DNA of 64,000 nucleotides from Betaproteobacteria bacterium (GTDB lineage: Bacteria > Pseudomonadota > Gammaproteobacteria > Burkholderiales > Burkholderiaceae_A), in contig VGHK01000006.1 in NCBI GenBank assembly GCA_016868305.1, positions 2,573-66,572 on the forward strand. Direction: 5' to 3'. The position numbers and the translations under genes were made by a program. This document shows, piece after piece, positions 7,813-16,976 of the stretch. Each line of letters starts with the position of its first letter. Positions within the stretch are counted from its first letter, which is position 1. Below the pieces are notes generated by a model that did no database searches, was not told the DNA's origin, and was given only the letters and a program-made list of their open reading frames with translations.

Positions 7813-10131
7813 ATGCTTAAAGTCAGTGAAATGAAGGGTGTTGCATTTAATGGTCGGGAGATGGGCTATGTGCCGCCTGAAAAGCTTCGGATCTCCAAGA
7901 AGCTCAAACTGCATACCAAGTCGAGCAAGAAGCTCGATCCAATCACCTACGAGGTAATTCGCCATAGCCTGTGGAATGTCAACGAGGAGCACGGCGCAAC
8001 AATTCAGCGCCTCTCAGGCTCCCCAGTGGCTATGTATGCGCTCGACCTCAACCCGTCCATCCTTACCGAAGACGGTGAGTTTGTGTATTTCGGGCCTTAT
8101 ATGCAGTACATGTCCGGGGTCACCGATACCCAGGTGAAGTGGATTCTTGAGAACCGATCAGAGAACCCTGGCATTAAAGATGGCGATATGTTTCTGGCCA
8201 ATGACCCCTGGGTGGGCGCAGCCCACCAGCAAGACGTGATGCTGATCTGTCCGGTGTTTCACGAGGGTGAGCTCTTCTGCTGGGTTACCAACTGCCTGCA
8301 CCAATACGATATCGGAGGCATCACGCCCTCGAGCTTCTGCATGTCTGCGAAGGATGCCTTCGAAGAGGGCATCCTTATTCCGCCAGTAAAAATTGTGGAA
8401 GGCGGCGAGATCCGTAAAGATATCGAAGACCTGTACCTGCGCTCCTCTCGTAAGCCCGCGTCTGTGGCCCTCGACTTTCGGGCACAGCTTGCCGGAAACA
8501 CCACGGCCAAAGAACGTATCGAGAGCCTTCTGCGTAAATACGGCGGCGATACCGTAAAGGCGGTTATGCGCAAAATCCTCAATGACAGCGAGGCAGCCTT
8601 CTTAGACAAGATGTCGCGTCTTCCCGATGGTGTCTGGCGTGACCGCACCTACGTAGAGTGCTCGCGCCCGGGCGACCGACGAAGCCACCAGGTCCAGCTC
8701 ACGCTTCGCAAGGCAGGCAATACGCTTATCTTTGAGAACGACGGCACCGCAGACCAGGAAGGCGCAATGAATGCCACGTTTTCTGGGTGGCGGGGCTCCA
8801 TCATGGTGGCGCTTAATCAGCTGCTCTGCTGGGACCAGTATTTTGCAATTGGCGGGGCCCTTCGGCATGTCAAGTTTGACCCCACCCCAGGCACCATGAA
8901 CTGCGCAAATTTTCCTGCATCCGTATCGACCGCGCCGGTGCAGGCCATGGAGATCTCTTTGTATCCTGCCTATAACGTGCTGGCAAAGATGATCTATGCC
9001 GATGACCAGATGCGCAAAGATATTATGTGCATTGGGGGCACCAGTCAGTGGCCTGCCACTATATTTCGTGGCAAAGACCAATGGGGTGAAAATTTTGGGT
9101 ACATCCTAGTCGATCCCATTGGGGGAGCGATTGGTGCCTTCTCCACTGGCGATGGAATCTCAACCGGGGGGCAGTCGCGCACGCCCATTTGTAAGCTGCC
9201 CAACATTGAGCATACCGAGCAGACTTTTCCGGTGCTTTTTCTGTATCGCAAAGAACTTGTCGACTCGGGTGGTGCGGGCCTGAACCGAGGCGGTATGTCA
9301 GCGGAAACCTGTTTTGTGCCGCACAACACGCCTACCATCACGCACGACACCTTATCCTCTGGTAATGCGGTGCCAACCTCTACCGGAATGATGGGGGGCT
9401 ACCCTGCCACGGTGAATATCTACAAGTTCAAAAAAGACACCGATATTCTTAAGCGGCTTAAGGCCTCTAACCTGCCCTCGGACATTTCTGAAGTGCCGGG
9501 TCGGGGGGTTACGCTGGAACTGCGCCAGCAAAACTTTCAGCAAGATCCCTCCGATGTCTATTCGGTTGTCTGGACCGGAGGCGGTGGCTATGGAGACCCC
9601 CTTGCCCGGGATCCACAAAGGGTTGCCGAAGATGTCAACGACCATCGTGCGGTTTCGTTGGCTGCTGCACGCGATATCTACGGCGTTGTGCTTAAGCCCA
9701 ATGGAACTGTCGACGACCCCGCTACACAGGCCTTGCGTGCAGAAGTCTTTGCAAGACGGAAGCGCTATCCAGTAAATGGAAAGTCTGGATCGGTACCCCA
9801 GAAGCTTACGGGTAAGGTGTTTAAGGAGATCACAGAAAACCTGACACTACAGTACCCTGAAGCCGGAAAAACCAATAAAACAGGGCTGCGCTGGTCTTGT
9901 AGGCACTGTCATACCGACCTTGGTTCCGCAAAGGAAAACTACAAGCATGGCTGCGCGCGCCATGATGCGCCGATTACCGCCGCGAACCCCAATATTGGCG
10001 ACTGGAAGCGCTATGTAGATGAAGAGCCCAGCTTTCGGCAGTTCTTCTGTCCGGGGTGTGGGCACCTTATTGAGAACGAGATTGCCCGCACGATAGATCC
10101 ATTGCTGGAGGATATTCAGATTAAGCTCTAA
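7813..10131 (+). CDS. Hydantoinase B/oxoprolinase subunit with C-terminal acetone carboxylase gamma-like Zn-binding domain
   Basis: DPITYEVI, NDPWVGAAHQQD, HQYDIGG, EEGILIPP, GGGGYGDPLARDP; the last ~90 aa contain WSCRHC..LG..KENYK and FRQFFCPGCG.LIENE. Confidence 0.88.
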   Translation: MLKVSEMKGVAFNGREMGYVPPEKLRISKKLKLHTKSSKKLDPITYEVIRHSLWNVNEEHGATIQRLSGSPVAMYALDLNPSILTEDGEFVYFGPYMQYMSGVTDTQVKWILENRSENPGIKDGDMFLANDPWVGAAHQQDVMLICPVFHEGELFCWVTNCLHQYDIGGITPSSFCMSAKDAFEEGILIPPVKIVEGGEIRKDIEDLYLRSSRKPASVALDFRAQLAGNTTAKERIESLLRKYGGDTVKAVMRKILNDSEAAFLDKMSRLPDGVWRDRTYVECSRPGDRRSHQVQLTLRKAGNTLIFENDGTADQEGAMNATFSGWRGSIMVALNQLLCWDQYFAIGGALRHVKFDPTPGTMNCANFPASVSTAPVQAMEISLYPAYNVLAKMIYADDQMRKDIMCIGGTSQWPATIFRGKDQWGENFGYILVDPIGGAIGAFSTGDGISTGGQSRTPICKLPNIEHTEQTFPVLFLYRKELVDSGGAGLNRGGMSAETCFVPHNTPTITHDTLSSGNAVPTSTGMMGGYPATVNIYKFKKDTDILKRLKASNLPSDISEVPGRGVTLELRQQNFQQDPSDVYSVVWTGGGGYGDPLARDPQRVAEDVNDHRAVSLAAARDIYGVVLKPNGTVDDPATQALRAEVFARRKRYPVNGKSGSVPQKLTGKVFKEITENLTLQYPEAGKTNKTGLRWSCRHCHTDLGSAKENYKHGCARHDAPITAANPNIGDWKRYVDEEPSFRQFFCPGCGHLIENEIARTIDPLLEDIQIKL

Positions 10132-10165
10132 ACAGTCCCGGCTTTTTCCGTAAGCCTGGCTCTGG

Positions 10166-10202
10166 CCCCTGCCGCCGAAAACGATGGCAGGGGGTTTTTT
10201 TT
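10166..10202 (+). terminator. Intrinsic terminator after the hydantoinase operon
   Basis: CCCCTGCC/GGCAGGGG stem followed by T8. Confidence 0.8.
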
Positions 10203-10240
10203 ATTCGCTGGGGTATACGCCGTATGCGCCAGGCGCCTGA

Positions 10241-11053
10241 CTACAGGCCGAAGTGGTCTCGCAGTATCTGATTGAACTCCGCCGGGTTTTGAATGTTGGG
10301 TAGATGCCCGGCCTTGCTGACAGACCGGTACTGCGCCTGGGGGAGTTGCCCTGCGAGCTCGGACAGGGCCTTTGGAAAGGGACCGTCATTCTCGCCTGAG
10401 ACCAGACTGGTCTTCATGGTGATTGCCGACACCTTGGGTGCGTAATCAAGCCTCTGAATTGCCTGCGCGCAGCCCACAAAACCATTGACTGACGTCGCAC
10501 CGATCTGCACCTTAAACTCCTGCATCACGGCGGCGTTGGCGGGATCTTTCGCGTAGTCAACCCCAAACCAACGCTCTACCGTGGCATCTGCCATTGCGGC
10601 ACATCCTTGTGCCTGAGCCAGCGCAATACGGGGGTTCCAGGACTCGGCCATTTCCTGGGGCATGTCGGCACGGGTGTCACAGATCACCAGGCTTTCAAAT
10701 CGGGCCGTATGATGAATACCCAGACCAATACCAATCATGCCACCAAGAGACAGCCCGATAAAATGAGCGCGCTTGTGGCCAAGGGCGTCGAGCACGCCGA
10801 TGCAGTCGTTGCCGAGATCATTGAGGCTAAACCCAAGCTCTGTGGGGCCAGAGGCGCCATGCCCACGGGTGTCCATGGCCAGTATTCGGTAGCCCCCTTG
10901 ATGTAACAGCGCTGCCTGGGACTCCCACATTTTGGAAGCTGAGAGAATCGAGTGCGATAGTAAAATCACTCCACGCGATCCGGTCTCGCTGTCGTATACA
11001 CACAGCTGTTGGCCGTTGGCCGTGACCATCTTTTTAGTCCATCCATTATTCAT
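10241..11053 (-). CDS. Alpha/beta hydrolase (3-oxoadipate enol-lactonase-like)
   Basis: DTRGHG, GLSLGG nucleophile elbow, GEND, AGHLPNIQNP. Confidence 0.85.
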   Translation of the reverse strand: MNNGWTKKMVTANGQQLCVYDSETGSRGVILLSHSILSASKMWESQAALLHQGGYRILAMDTRGHGASGPTELGFSLNDLGNDCIGVLDALGHKRAHFIGLSLGGMIGIGLGIHHTARFESLVICDTRADMPQEMAESWNPRIALAQAQGCAAMADATVERWFGVDYAKDPANAAVMQEFKVQIGATSVNGFVGCAQAIQRLDYAPKVSAITMKTSLVSGENDGPFPKALSELAGQLPQAQYRSVSKAGHLPNIQNPAEFNQILRDHFGL

Positions 11054-11120
11054 GGGCCAGTCTCCTCAAAAAAAAGGGGGGATTAAATGCCTGCAGGCAT
11101 AGGGCAGAGTAAAGCGATCG

Positions 11121-13421
11121 TCACAGGGGGCCAAAAGCCGGAGGCGGGATCCTTCGAGATGAGATCTTTTCATAGGCTGAGGCGAGTGCAAATACCTGGG
11201 CCTCGCGGCCTATCTCAGACCGAAACACCAAAGAAAAGGGCAGCCCTGGAGCCGCCAGAGAGGTCATCTTGGTTCCTGACTTGGCCTGGTAAGAACGGCG
11301 GTCTTCGGACAAGCAAAAATCTGCGTCGTAGGCCTCCCGTACAAATCCCGCTGGTACCAAAATCTCGGTTAACCCGGCGTTGGGCCCATGGAAGGATTCG
11401 AAAAAATAGTGCCTGGCAAGCCCCGGCTCTTCGGGGTATCCAATTCTTGCAGGCGGAAGGACAGTATGCACACGCACCAGAGCCTCGAGAGCATTTTCGT
11501 GCAGCACCATCATATCTACCCGCCGAAGCAGTTCACGCAGCATGATCCGCTCGTCGACGCCCTGACGCCCACCGAGAGGATTTCTTGGATCGGTAATCTC
11601 CTCCCAGTTCAAGAAGGCTGCCCTCTGGTCGTCTCCCCAGAAGCTTGAGCGTGCGTTGAGCTGGCGCCAGTCAGAGAGTGTTTCAGAGATGCCCCATCGC
11701 TGCCAGTCTTCTGCTCTACGCCGCAGATACTGGCTGATATGAAGACGAAAGGCGTTGGCCAGAACCTGCTCCTGGACGGTTGCTAGGTCTAAGTTCGACG
11801 GGGGGGCAATCTTGAGATCCGACAGGGCAACCATATAGTCGATGGGGGCCAGATCTCCTGAACCAAAAATCTTTCCAGGCTGGAATTCGGTCGGACGAAT
11901 CGCCTCGGCGAACTCCGGAAAAACCGGTTCTCCGCTGCCGTTAAGCCGGAAGAGAATGTCGGGCATGAAGACAGGAATAAGACGGGCAAGCGCGTCTGTA
12001 AACGAGGTTTGCATCTGCTCTAGGTCAGCATCCGCGCGCCAATGTCTGTGCCAAGACTCTACGAGGTGAAGCCCCAATGTGGTTCCCAGTACCTGTTTAA
12101 TCTCTTGGGAAGCTGCCTGAATGATGGGCCTTACGGCAAGGGTATTCTCAGGGTCAAGCATGGATTCTCGAATAACACCTATGCGCATCCCCCGAATCCC
12201 AGCCATGGTGCTTGGGCTGGCAATAAAAGCCCGAAGCCCCTTCGCGGGGGGGTAGCTGCTCCTCGGAACCGTTGTATAGGGATCGCGCGGATCGTAGTAG
12301 CCCCCAGAGGCATCACGCAAGGCATCGAGAATAACGGCACAGTCATCGAGCGTCTTAGCCATAATGCCGGTTCGGTCACAGTAGATGTCGGCACCGATAG
12401 CGCCGCCATCAAAACCGAGCATGGCCTTGTGTGGCAGGATAAGCGCCGTACTGTTGTGGTTTGAAGGTCCGCGCGTCGACATGCGCGTCTCTTCACCAAG
12501 GCTCGCCATGACCATGTTGGTTGACACAGATACAGCCGACCCAGCACTTGATCCAAGCGATGCGGACCGCGCGGTGTCATAGGGGTTGGCAGGATTGCCT
12601 CCCCAGGTAGACCGTTGATAGCCCGAAACCGATGGAAGTACTTTCTGGGGTCTGTGTGCACCCCCAGGATCTCCGGCACGGCCGTTGTACTCGGTCATCA
12701 CAGCCTTGGCGAAGATGATGGCACCCTTCTCGCGTAGCCGCTCCACCAGTTGGTGGTCCCGCGCGGGAAAGTCGACATCGAACCGTGCGTCGGCGCCGCC
12801 TGTCGACCGCATGTCCTTGGTATCGAAGGCATCCTTGAAAGAAAAGACAACCCCGTACAAGGGCATTTTCTCGAGGTCGGGATTCTGGCCGTAGGTCTCG
12901 TCGAGGGCCTGTGCCTGCTCCAGGGCATCGGGATAGCGTCGAAAGATCTCGCACACCGCCGGTGCCCCCTCGGGCAAAGGCCCCGCATCTGAGTGCCGAT
13001 CAAAATCGCCTCTGCAGACGACAGACCGTTCCCCTCGGATATTGAGGGTCGAAAGCGCGTTTACCTGCCCACTGGCTGGGTCTCCAACCATCATTCCGTA
13101 CTGCTGCACGACCGACGGGTCTGCTGCCGTCGGCCGCATCTCGCCAAACTCGATGTTGGGGCCGAGATATTCATCGAGAGATGGAAGCACAGATCGGGCA
13201 CTGACCGTTTGCTTGGGGAAACGTAAAGGTCTACCGGCCCTGACCGTTCCTTGGACCTGATCTACGGGTGCGCCATCGCTAGTAACCAATAGACCCGACG
13301 GGCCATTAAAGGCCCGAACCCGATCGATATATTCGCGGACCACCGCGACACAGCTTGTTTCGCCCCGCTGTATCGCGGCATGGAGGTCTTTAATCGAAGA
13401 CTCAAAAACAGAAAACGCCAT
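11121..13421 (-). CDS. Amidase-signature family protein, unusually long (766 aa)
   Basis: FSFKDAFD (catalytic Lys), GSSAGS (cis-Ser), GEETRMSTRGP (nucleophile Ser); C-terminal PFSLVF...VFALASAYE. Confidence 0.85.
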   Translation of the reverse strand: MAFSVFESSIKDLHAAIQRGETSCVAVVREYIDRVRAFNGPSGLLVTSDGAPVDQVQGTVRAGRPLRFPKQTVSARSVLPSLDEYLGPNIEFGEMRPTAADPSVVQQYGMMVGDPASGQVNALSTLNIRGERSVVCRGDFDRHSDAGPLPEGAPAVCEIFRRYPDALEQAQALDETYGQNPDLEKMPLYGVVFSFKDAFDTKDMRSTGGADARFDVDFPARDHQLVERLREKGAIIFAKAVMTEYNGRAGDPGGAHRPQKVLPSVSGYQRSTWGGNPANPYDTARSASLGSSAGSAVSVSTNMVMASLGEETRMSTRGPSNHNSTALILPHKAMLGFDGGAIGADIYCDRTGIMAKTLDDCAVILDALRDASGGYYDPRDPYTTVPRSSYPPAKGLRAFIASPSTMAGIRGMRIGVIRESMLDPENTLAVRPIIQAASQEIKQVLGTTLGLHLVESWHRHWRADADLEQMQTSFTDALARLIPVFMPDILFRLNGSGEPVFPEFAEAIRPTEFQPGKIFGSGDLAPIDYMVALSDLKIAPPSNLDLATVQEQVLANAFRLHISQYLRRRAEDWQRWGISETLSDWRQLNARSSFWGDDQRAAFLNWEEITDPRNPLGGRQGVDERIMLRELLRRVDMMVLHENALEALVRVHTVLPPARIGYPEEPGLARHYFFESFHGPNAGLTEILVPAGFVREAYDADFCLSEDRRSYQAKSGTKMTSLAAPGLPFSLVFRSEIGREAQVFALASAYEKISSRRIPPPAFGPL

Positions 13422-13548
13422 AGTGCATAATTTCCTTAGTGATTAAATGATAAACAGCATTTCTGGGTTTGCAAGTAAGAAATTCACCAATAGCAGTTCG
13501 CCGACGGGTGTGGTTCACTAGTCTCATCTCACAGGAGGGTTTACGCGA

Positions 13549-14319
13549 ATGCCTACCATTACACATGCCTTAGGAACAACCGACTACGAGCGCGCGGGAC
13601 CAGCAGGGCAGCGCCCGCTTGTCTTGTTTCATACGCTACTGGCAGACCGGAGCGTCTACGATGGAATCTTTCCGGTGCTTGCCAAGAGTCGTGACGTGGT
13701 CCGTTTCCAGTTTCCAGGGTTTGGAGACTCGGTGGGATCCTGCCAGTCTGTTGATGACTATGCGCTGTGGACTATTTCTTTTCTGCGAGCTCTCAATCTG
13801 GGCCAGCCAGCCGAGGTCTTTTCGAACGGTTTTGGCGGCTTTGTTTCGGTGGGGGTTACTAGCAAGACGCCCGAGTTGGTTTCGCGGCTCACCATTGCCA
13901 ATAGTGGGGCGGCTTTTCCTGAAGAACGCAAGCCCCCTTTGCTGAAAATGGCAGAGGCGGTCGAGACCAAGGGGGTCGCTGCCGTGTTGGATACGGCAAT
14001 TTCGAGGATGTTTCCCGAGGACTTTGCGAAGTCGCATCCCGAGATCGTCGCCCAGCGCAAGGCGGCCCTTGCAAAGACCAATCCAAAGCAGTTTGCGGCG
14101 GCCTGTCGGGCCCTTTCGCAGCTTGACTATCGTGAGGCGGCCAAGAGCATTACGCGGCCAGTGCGTGTGGTTGCTGGGCTTGACGATGCCACCACGCCTC
14201 CTGCTATGTCGCAAGAGTTACATGCGCTTGTTGCGGGCTCCAGTTATTCCGAGATCGCCGACTGTGGGCATTGTCCGCAGATTCAGCAGCCCGATAAAGT
14301 ACTTGCACTTCTCGCCTAG
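13549..14319 (+). CDS. Alpha/beta hydrolase (enol-lactonase-like)
   Basis: FPGFGDS, SNGFGG at the elbow position, GLDDATTPP, CGHCPQIQQP. Confidence 0.8.
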   Translation: MPTITHALGTTDYERAGPAGQRPLVLFHTLLADRSVYDGIFPVLAKSRDVVRFQFPGFGDSVGSCQSVDDYALWTISFLRALNLGQPAEVFSNGFGGFVSVGVTSKTPELVSRLTIANSGAAFPEERKPPLLKMAEAVETKGVAAVLDTAISRMFPEDFAKSHPEIVAQRKAALAKTNPKQFAAACRALSQLDYREAAKSITRPVRVVAGLDDATTPPAMSQELHALVAGSSYSEIADCGHCPQIQQPDKVLALLA

Positions 14320-14413
14320 AAGCATCGCGCCTAAAAGCCTGCCTCTTACGCATGGCATTTTATTTATCAGCTAGCCAACAACCTGAACCCTCTTTTCTTT
14401 GTTAAGGACTTTC

Positions 14414-15643
14414 ATGACCCAGGACAACCTTATCGAGGTAATCACCGAAAACAAGCTCCCGCATTACGAGCCCTATGGCTGGCATCACTGGCCGGAGCAC
14501 CCTTGGCTGGCGTATCAGTTTCGCCGGGGGCTCGGCGAGACGCAGGAGGGAGGTGGTGCTGTCAGCGAGGTGTTTCAGGCAGCAAGCCGTATGATCCCTG
14601 GCGATCTAGAGAGCTGGCACAAAGAATGGAAGTACATTGCCGACAGGAACTGGAACCGAGGCGTGGAGGCCGAGGGCCGTGGCCATATACGCACCGCCAT
14701 GAACTGTTTTTTAAGAGCGGCAGACTACTACCGACAGGCGGAGTTCTATCTCAAGCCAGACGATCCTCGCAGGCTGCCCACCTTCGAAAAGATGGAGGCC
14801 TGTAGCCATCGGTTCATTGGGCACTTAAATCCTGCTGGTCAGGTGGTAGATATTCCCTATGAAAACGGTGTGCCGCTATGCGCGTATTTCGTCCGTTCGC
14901 CATACCCTACTGCGAAACAACCCGTTCTGATCTGCATGGGTGGGCTTGATTCGATTAAGGACGAGATGTGGTTTATGCAGGCAAGGGGAGCGCTCCAGCG
15001 CGGAATCGCTGTGCTCATGATTGATGGTCCAGGACAGGGGGGTACGCTCCGCAGGCATAAGGTTCCCAACCGAGTAGACACAGAGGTACCTATCGGAAAG
15101 TGTATCGACTGGCTTGCGTCTCGGCCAGACATAGATGCCAGTCGTATCGCGGTCTGTGGATCGAGCCTTGGGGGCTATTATGCGGCGCGGGCGGGGTGCT
15201 ATGAGCATCGCCTCGCGGCCTGTATCGCCCACGGAGCCATCTGGGCGATTACCGACCTATGGGGGGAGGCCTCTGAAGACCACGGACTAGCCGAGCACAT
15301 TAAATGGGTCTTCGGGTGTGATTCGATGAAGTCCGCGATGGTGAAAGCCAAAGCCTTCACCCTGGAAGGGCACTTAGACCACATGCGCTGCCCGTTTCTT
15401 GTCATGCATGGTGGCCACGACGTGCTTACGGTGTCTCAGGCCCAAAAAGTCTACGACTACGGAAGGGCCAAGGGTAAAGATGTCACGCTTCGGCTTTTAA
15501 GCGAGGAGGAGACCGGGGCGGAGCACTGTCAGCATGACAACCCAACCATCGGCCAGGAGATTCTAGGAGACTGGCTCGCTGATCGATTCGGTATCGATCA
15601 GCGAGCCCTGCTTCAGTCGGGCCAAACGCCCTTTGCTCTCTAG
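14414..15643 (+). CDS. Alpha/beta hydrolase, FrsA / 2,6-dihydroxypseudooxynicotine hydrolase family
   Basis: GGLDSIKDE, IDGPGQG, GSSLGGYYA, GAEHCQ. Start set at ATG 14414 with AAGGA upstream. Confidence 0.8.
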   Translation: MTQDNLIEVITENKLPHYEPYGWHHWPEHPWLAYQFRRGLGETQEGGGAVSEVFQAASRMIPGDLESWHKEWKYIADRNWNRGVEAEGRGHIRTAMNCFLRAADYYRQAEFYLKPDDPRRLPTFEKMEACSHRFIGHLNPAGQVVDIPYENGVPLCAYFVRSPYPTAKQPVLICMGGLDSIKDEMWFMQARGALQRGIAVLMIDGPGQGGTLRRHKVPNRVDTEVPIGKCIDWLASRPDIDASRIAVCGSSLGGYYAARAGCYEHRLAACIAHGAIWAITDLWGEASEDHGLAEHIKWVFGCDSMKSAMVKAKAFTLEGHLDHMRCPFLVMHGGHDVLTVSQAQKVYDYGRAKGKDVTLRLLSEEETGAEHCQHDNPTIGQEILGDWLADRFGIDQRALLQSGQTPFAL

Positions 15644-16776
15644 AGCTTGATCTTAAAGAGCTTCTGCGCGTTTCCACCCGTGATGAGCTTCTTATCTGCT
15701 TGAGAAAGCTTCGGCACGGCGGAGATTAGTCCTAAGGGATCAAACTCCGCCATGTCGTACGGATAGTCGGTGCCAAGCATGACGTGATCAGCGCCAAACC
15801 GCCGGATAAGGCTTTGCAGCATATACGGATCAAAGGTGATGGTGTCGAAGTAAAACTTCTCAAGGTACTTCGATGGCTTGACTGTAATTACAGAGCGAAC
15901 GTCGGGGCGTTTGTGGCCATGGTCCATGCGCGCCCAATAGTGAGCGAGATAACCCCCTGCGTGGGCAAGAATGATTTTTAATCGGGGATAGCGCTTCATT
16001 ACGCCATCAAAGATGAGATGGCTCACGGCTACCGTGGTTTCTAAGGGATTGCCAATAATGTTATTGAGGTAGTGGTCGGTAAGGCGTTGGCCGTGGCTAA
16101 ACCCATTCGGGTGCATGAAGAGCACCACACCAAGTTCCTGTACCTTGGCGAAAAAAGCCTCAAGCTTAAGGCTCGGGTCCGTCAAGTCTTTGCCGTTCAC
16201 ATTGGTGCCGATTTCGATACCTTTGAAACCCAGGACTTTGACCGCACGCTCTAGTTCCTTAACTGCAAGGTCGCTGTTTTGCAGCGGCACTGTGCCCATA
16301 GCCATAAGACGCTTTGGGTGATCAGCAACGATCTTTGCGATGCCGTCATTCACGCTTTTTGCGAGTTCAAGTCCGAAGTCCGGTTCGGCAAAGTAGTAGT
16401 ATTGAAAAGGGGCGGGCGCGACCACCTGCAGGTCCACTCCCATCTTGTCCATTTCCTTGAGCCGGGTGGGGATGTCAGAGAGCATAGGTCCCCGTTCACG
16501 CATCTGCTTGACGTTCACATCACGGGTGAAATCATTCGAGAAAATATTGGTGAACTCCTTTTGGGCCGGATCAATGGCCGCCGCCTTTGCCGCAACGGCC
16601 GGATTGAAGTAGTGGCAGTGGATGTCGATGACGGGAGAACCAGACCCTTTAGCCTTTGCGGATTTGGGTCGGGCCGCTGCATCCGCCCTTGCGCCACTTT
16701 TTGTTGCCAGCGGCATCGATGCGCGTCTGTGGCGGTGACGGGGGTTATTGCAGCCAATGGAACAGGTAAAAAGCAT
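15640..16776 (-). CDS. Amidohydrolase-2 family (ACMSD/LigW-like decarboxylase or hydratase)
   Basis: IDIHCH, FMHP, AHAGG, GTDYP metal-binding motifs; AAGGAGA SD before the ATG at 16776. Confidence 0.88.
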   Translation of the reverse strand: MLFTCSIGCNNPRHRHRRASMPLATKSGARADAAARPKSAKAKGSGSPVIDIHCHYFNPAVAAKAAAIDPAQKEFTNIFSNDFTRDVNVKQMRERGPMLSDIPTRLKEMDKMGVDLQVVAPAPFQYYYFAEPDFGLELAKSVNDGIAKIVADHPKRLMAMGTVPLQNSDLAVKELERAVKVLGFKGIEIGTNVNGKDLTDPSLKLEAFFAKVQELGVVLFMHPNGFSHGQRLTDHYLNNIIGNPLETTVAVSHLIFDGVMKRYPRLKIILAHAGGYLAHYWARMDHGHKRPDVRSVITVKPSKYLEKFYFDTITFDPYMLQSLIRRFGADHVMLGTDYPYDMAEFDPLGLISAVPKLSQADKKLITGGNAQKLFKIKL

Positions 16777-16830
16777 CGCTTCGTCTCCTTGGAAAATAAT
16801 CTGTACCGACTGTACCTGAAGCCCATCTTC

Positions 16831-16850
16831 TTAATCAATCGATTAATAAG
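16831..16850. promoter_or_regulatory. Putative operator, site B (TTAATC-AATC-GATTAA-TAAG)
   Basis: Perfect inverted repeat with the same spacing as site A, in the divergent amidohydrolase / CocE region. Confidence 0.5.
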
Positions 16851-16976
16851 CAAGGGTTTCTACCACTCCAAGATTAGCCCAAGACCGTGTTTACTAGCCT
16901 GTAAATAAATAACAAAAAACGTCGTATTAAGAATCAGATTCGATGATGACGATTTTCAGAGGAGCGTTGGTCATTT

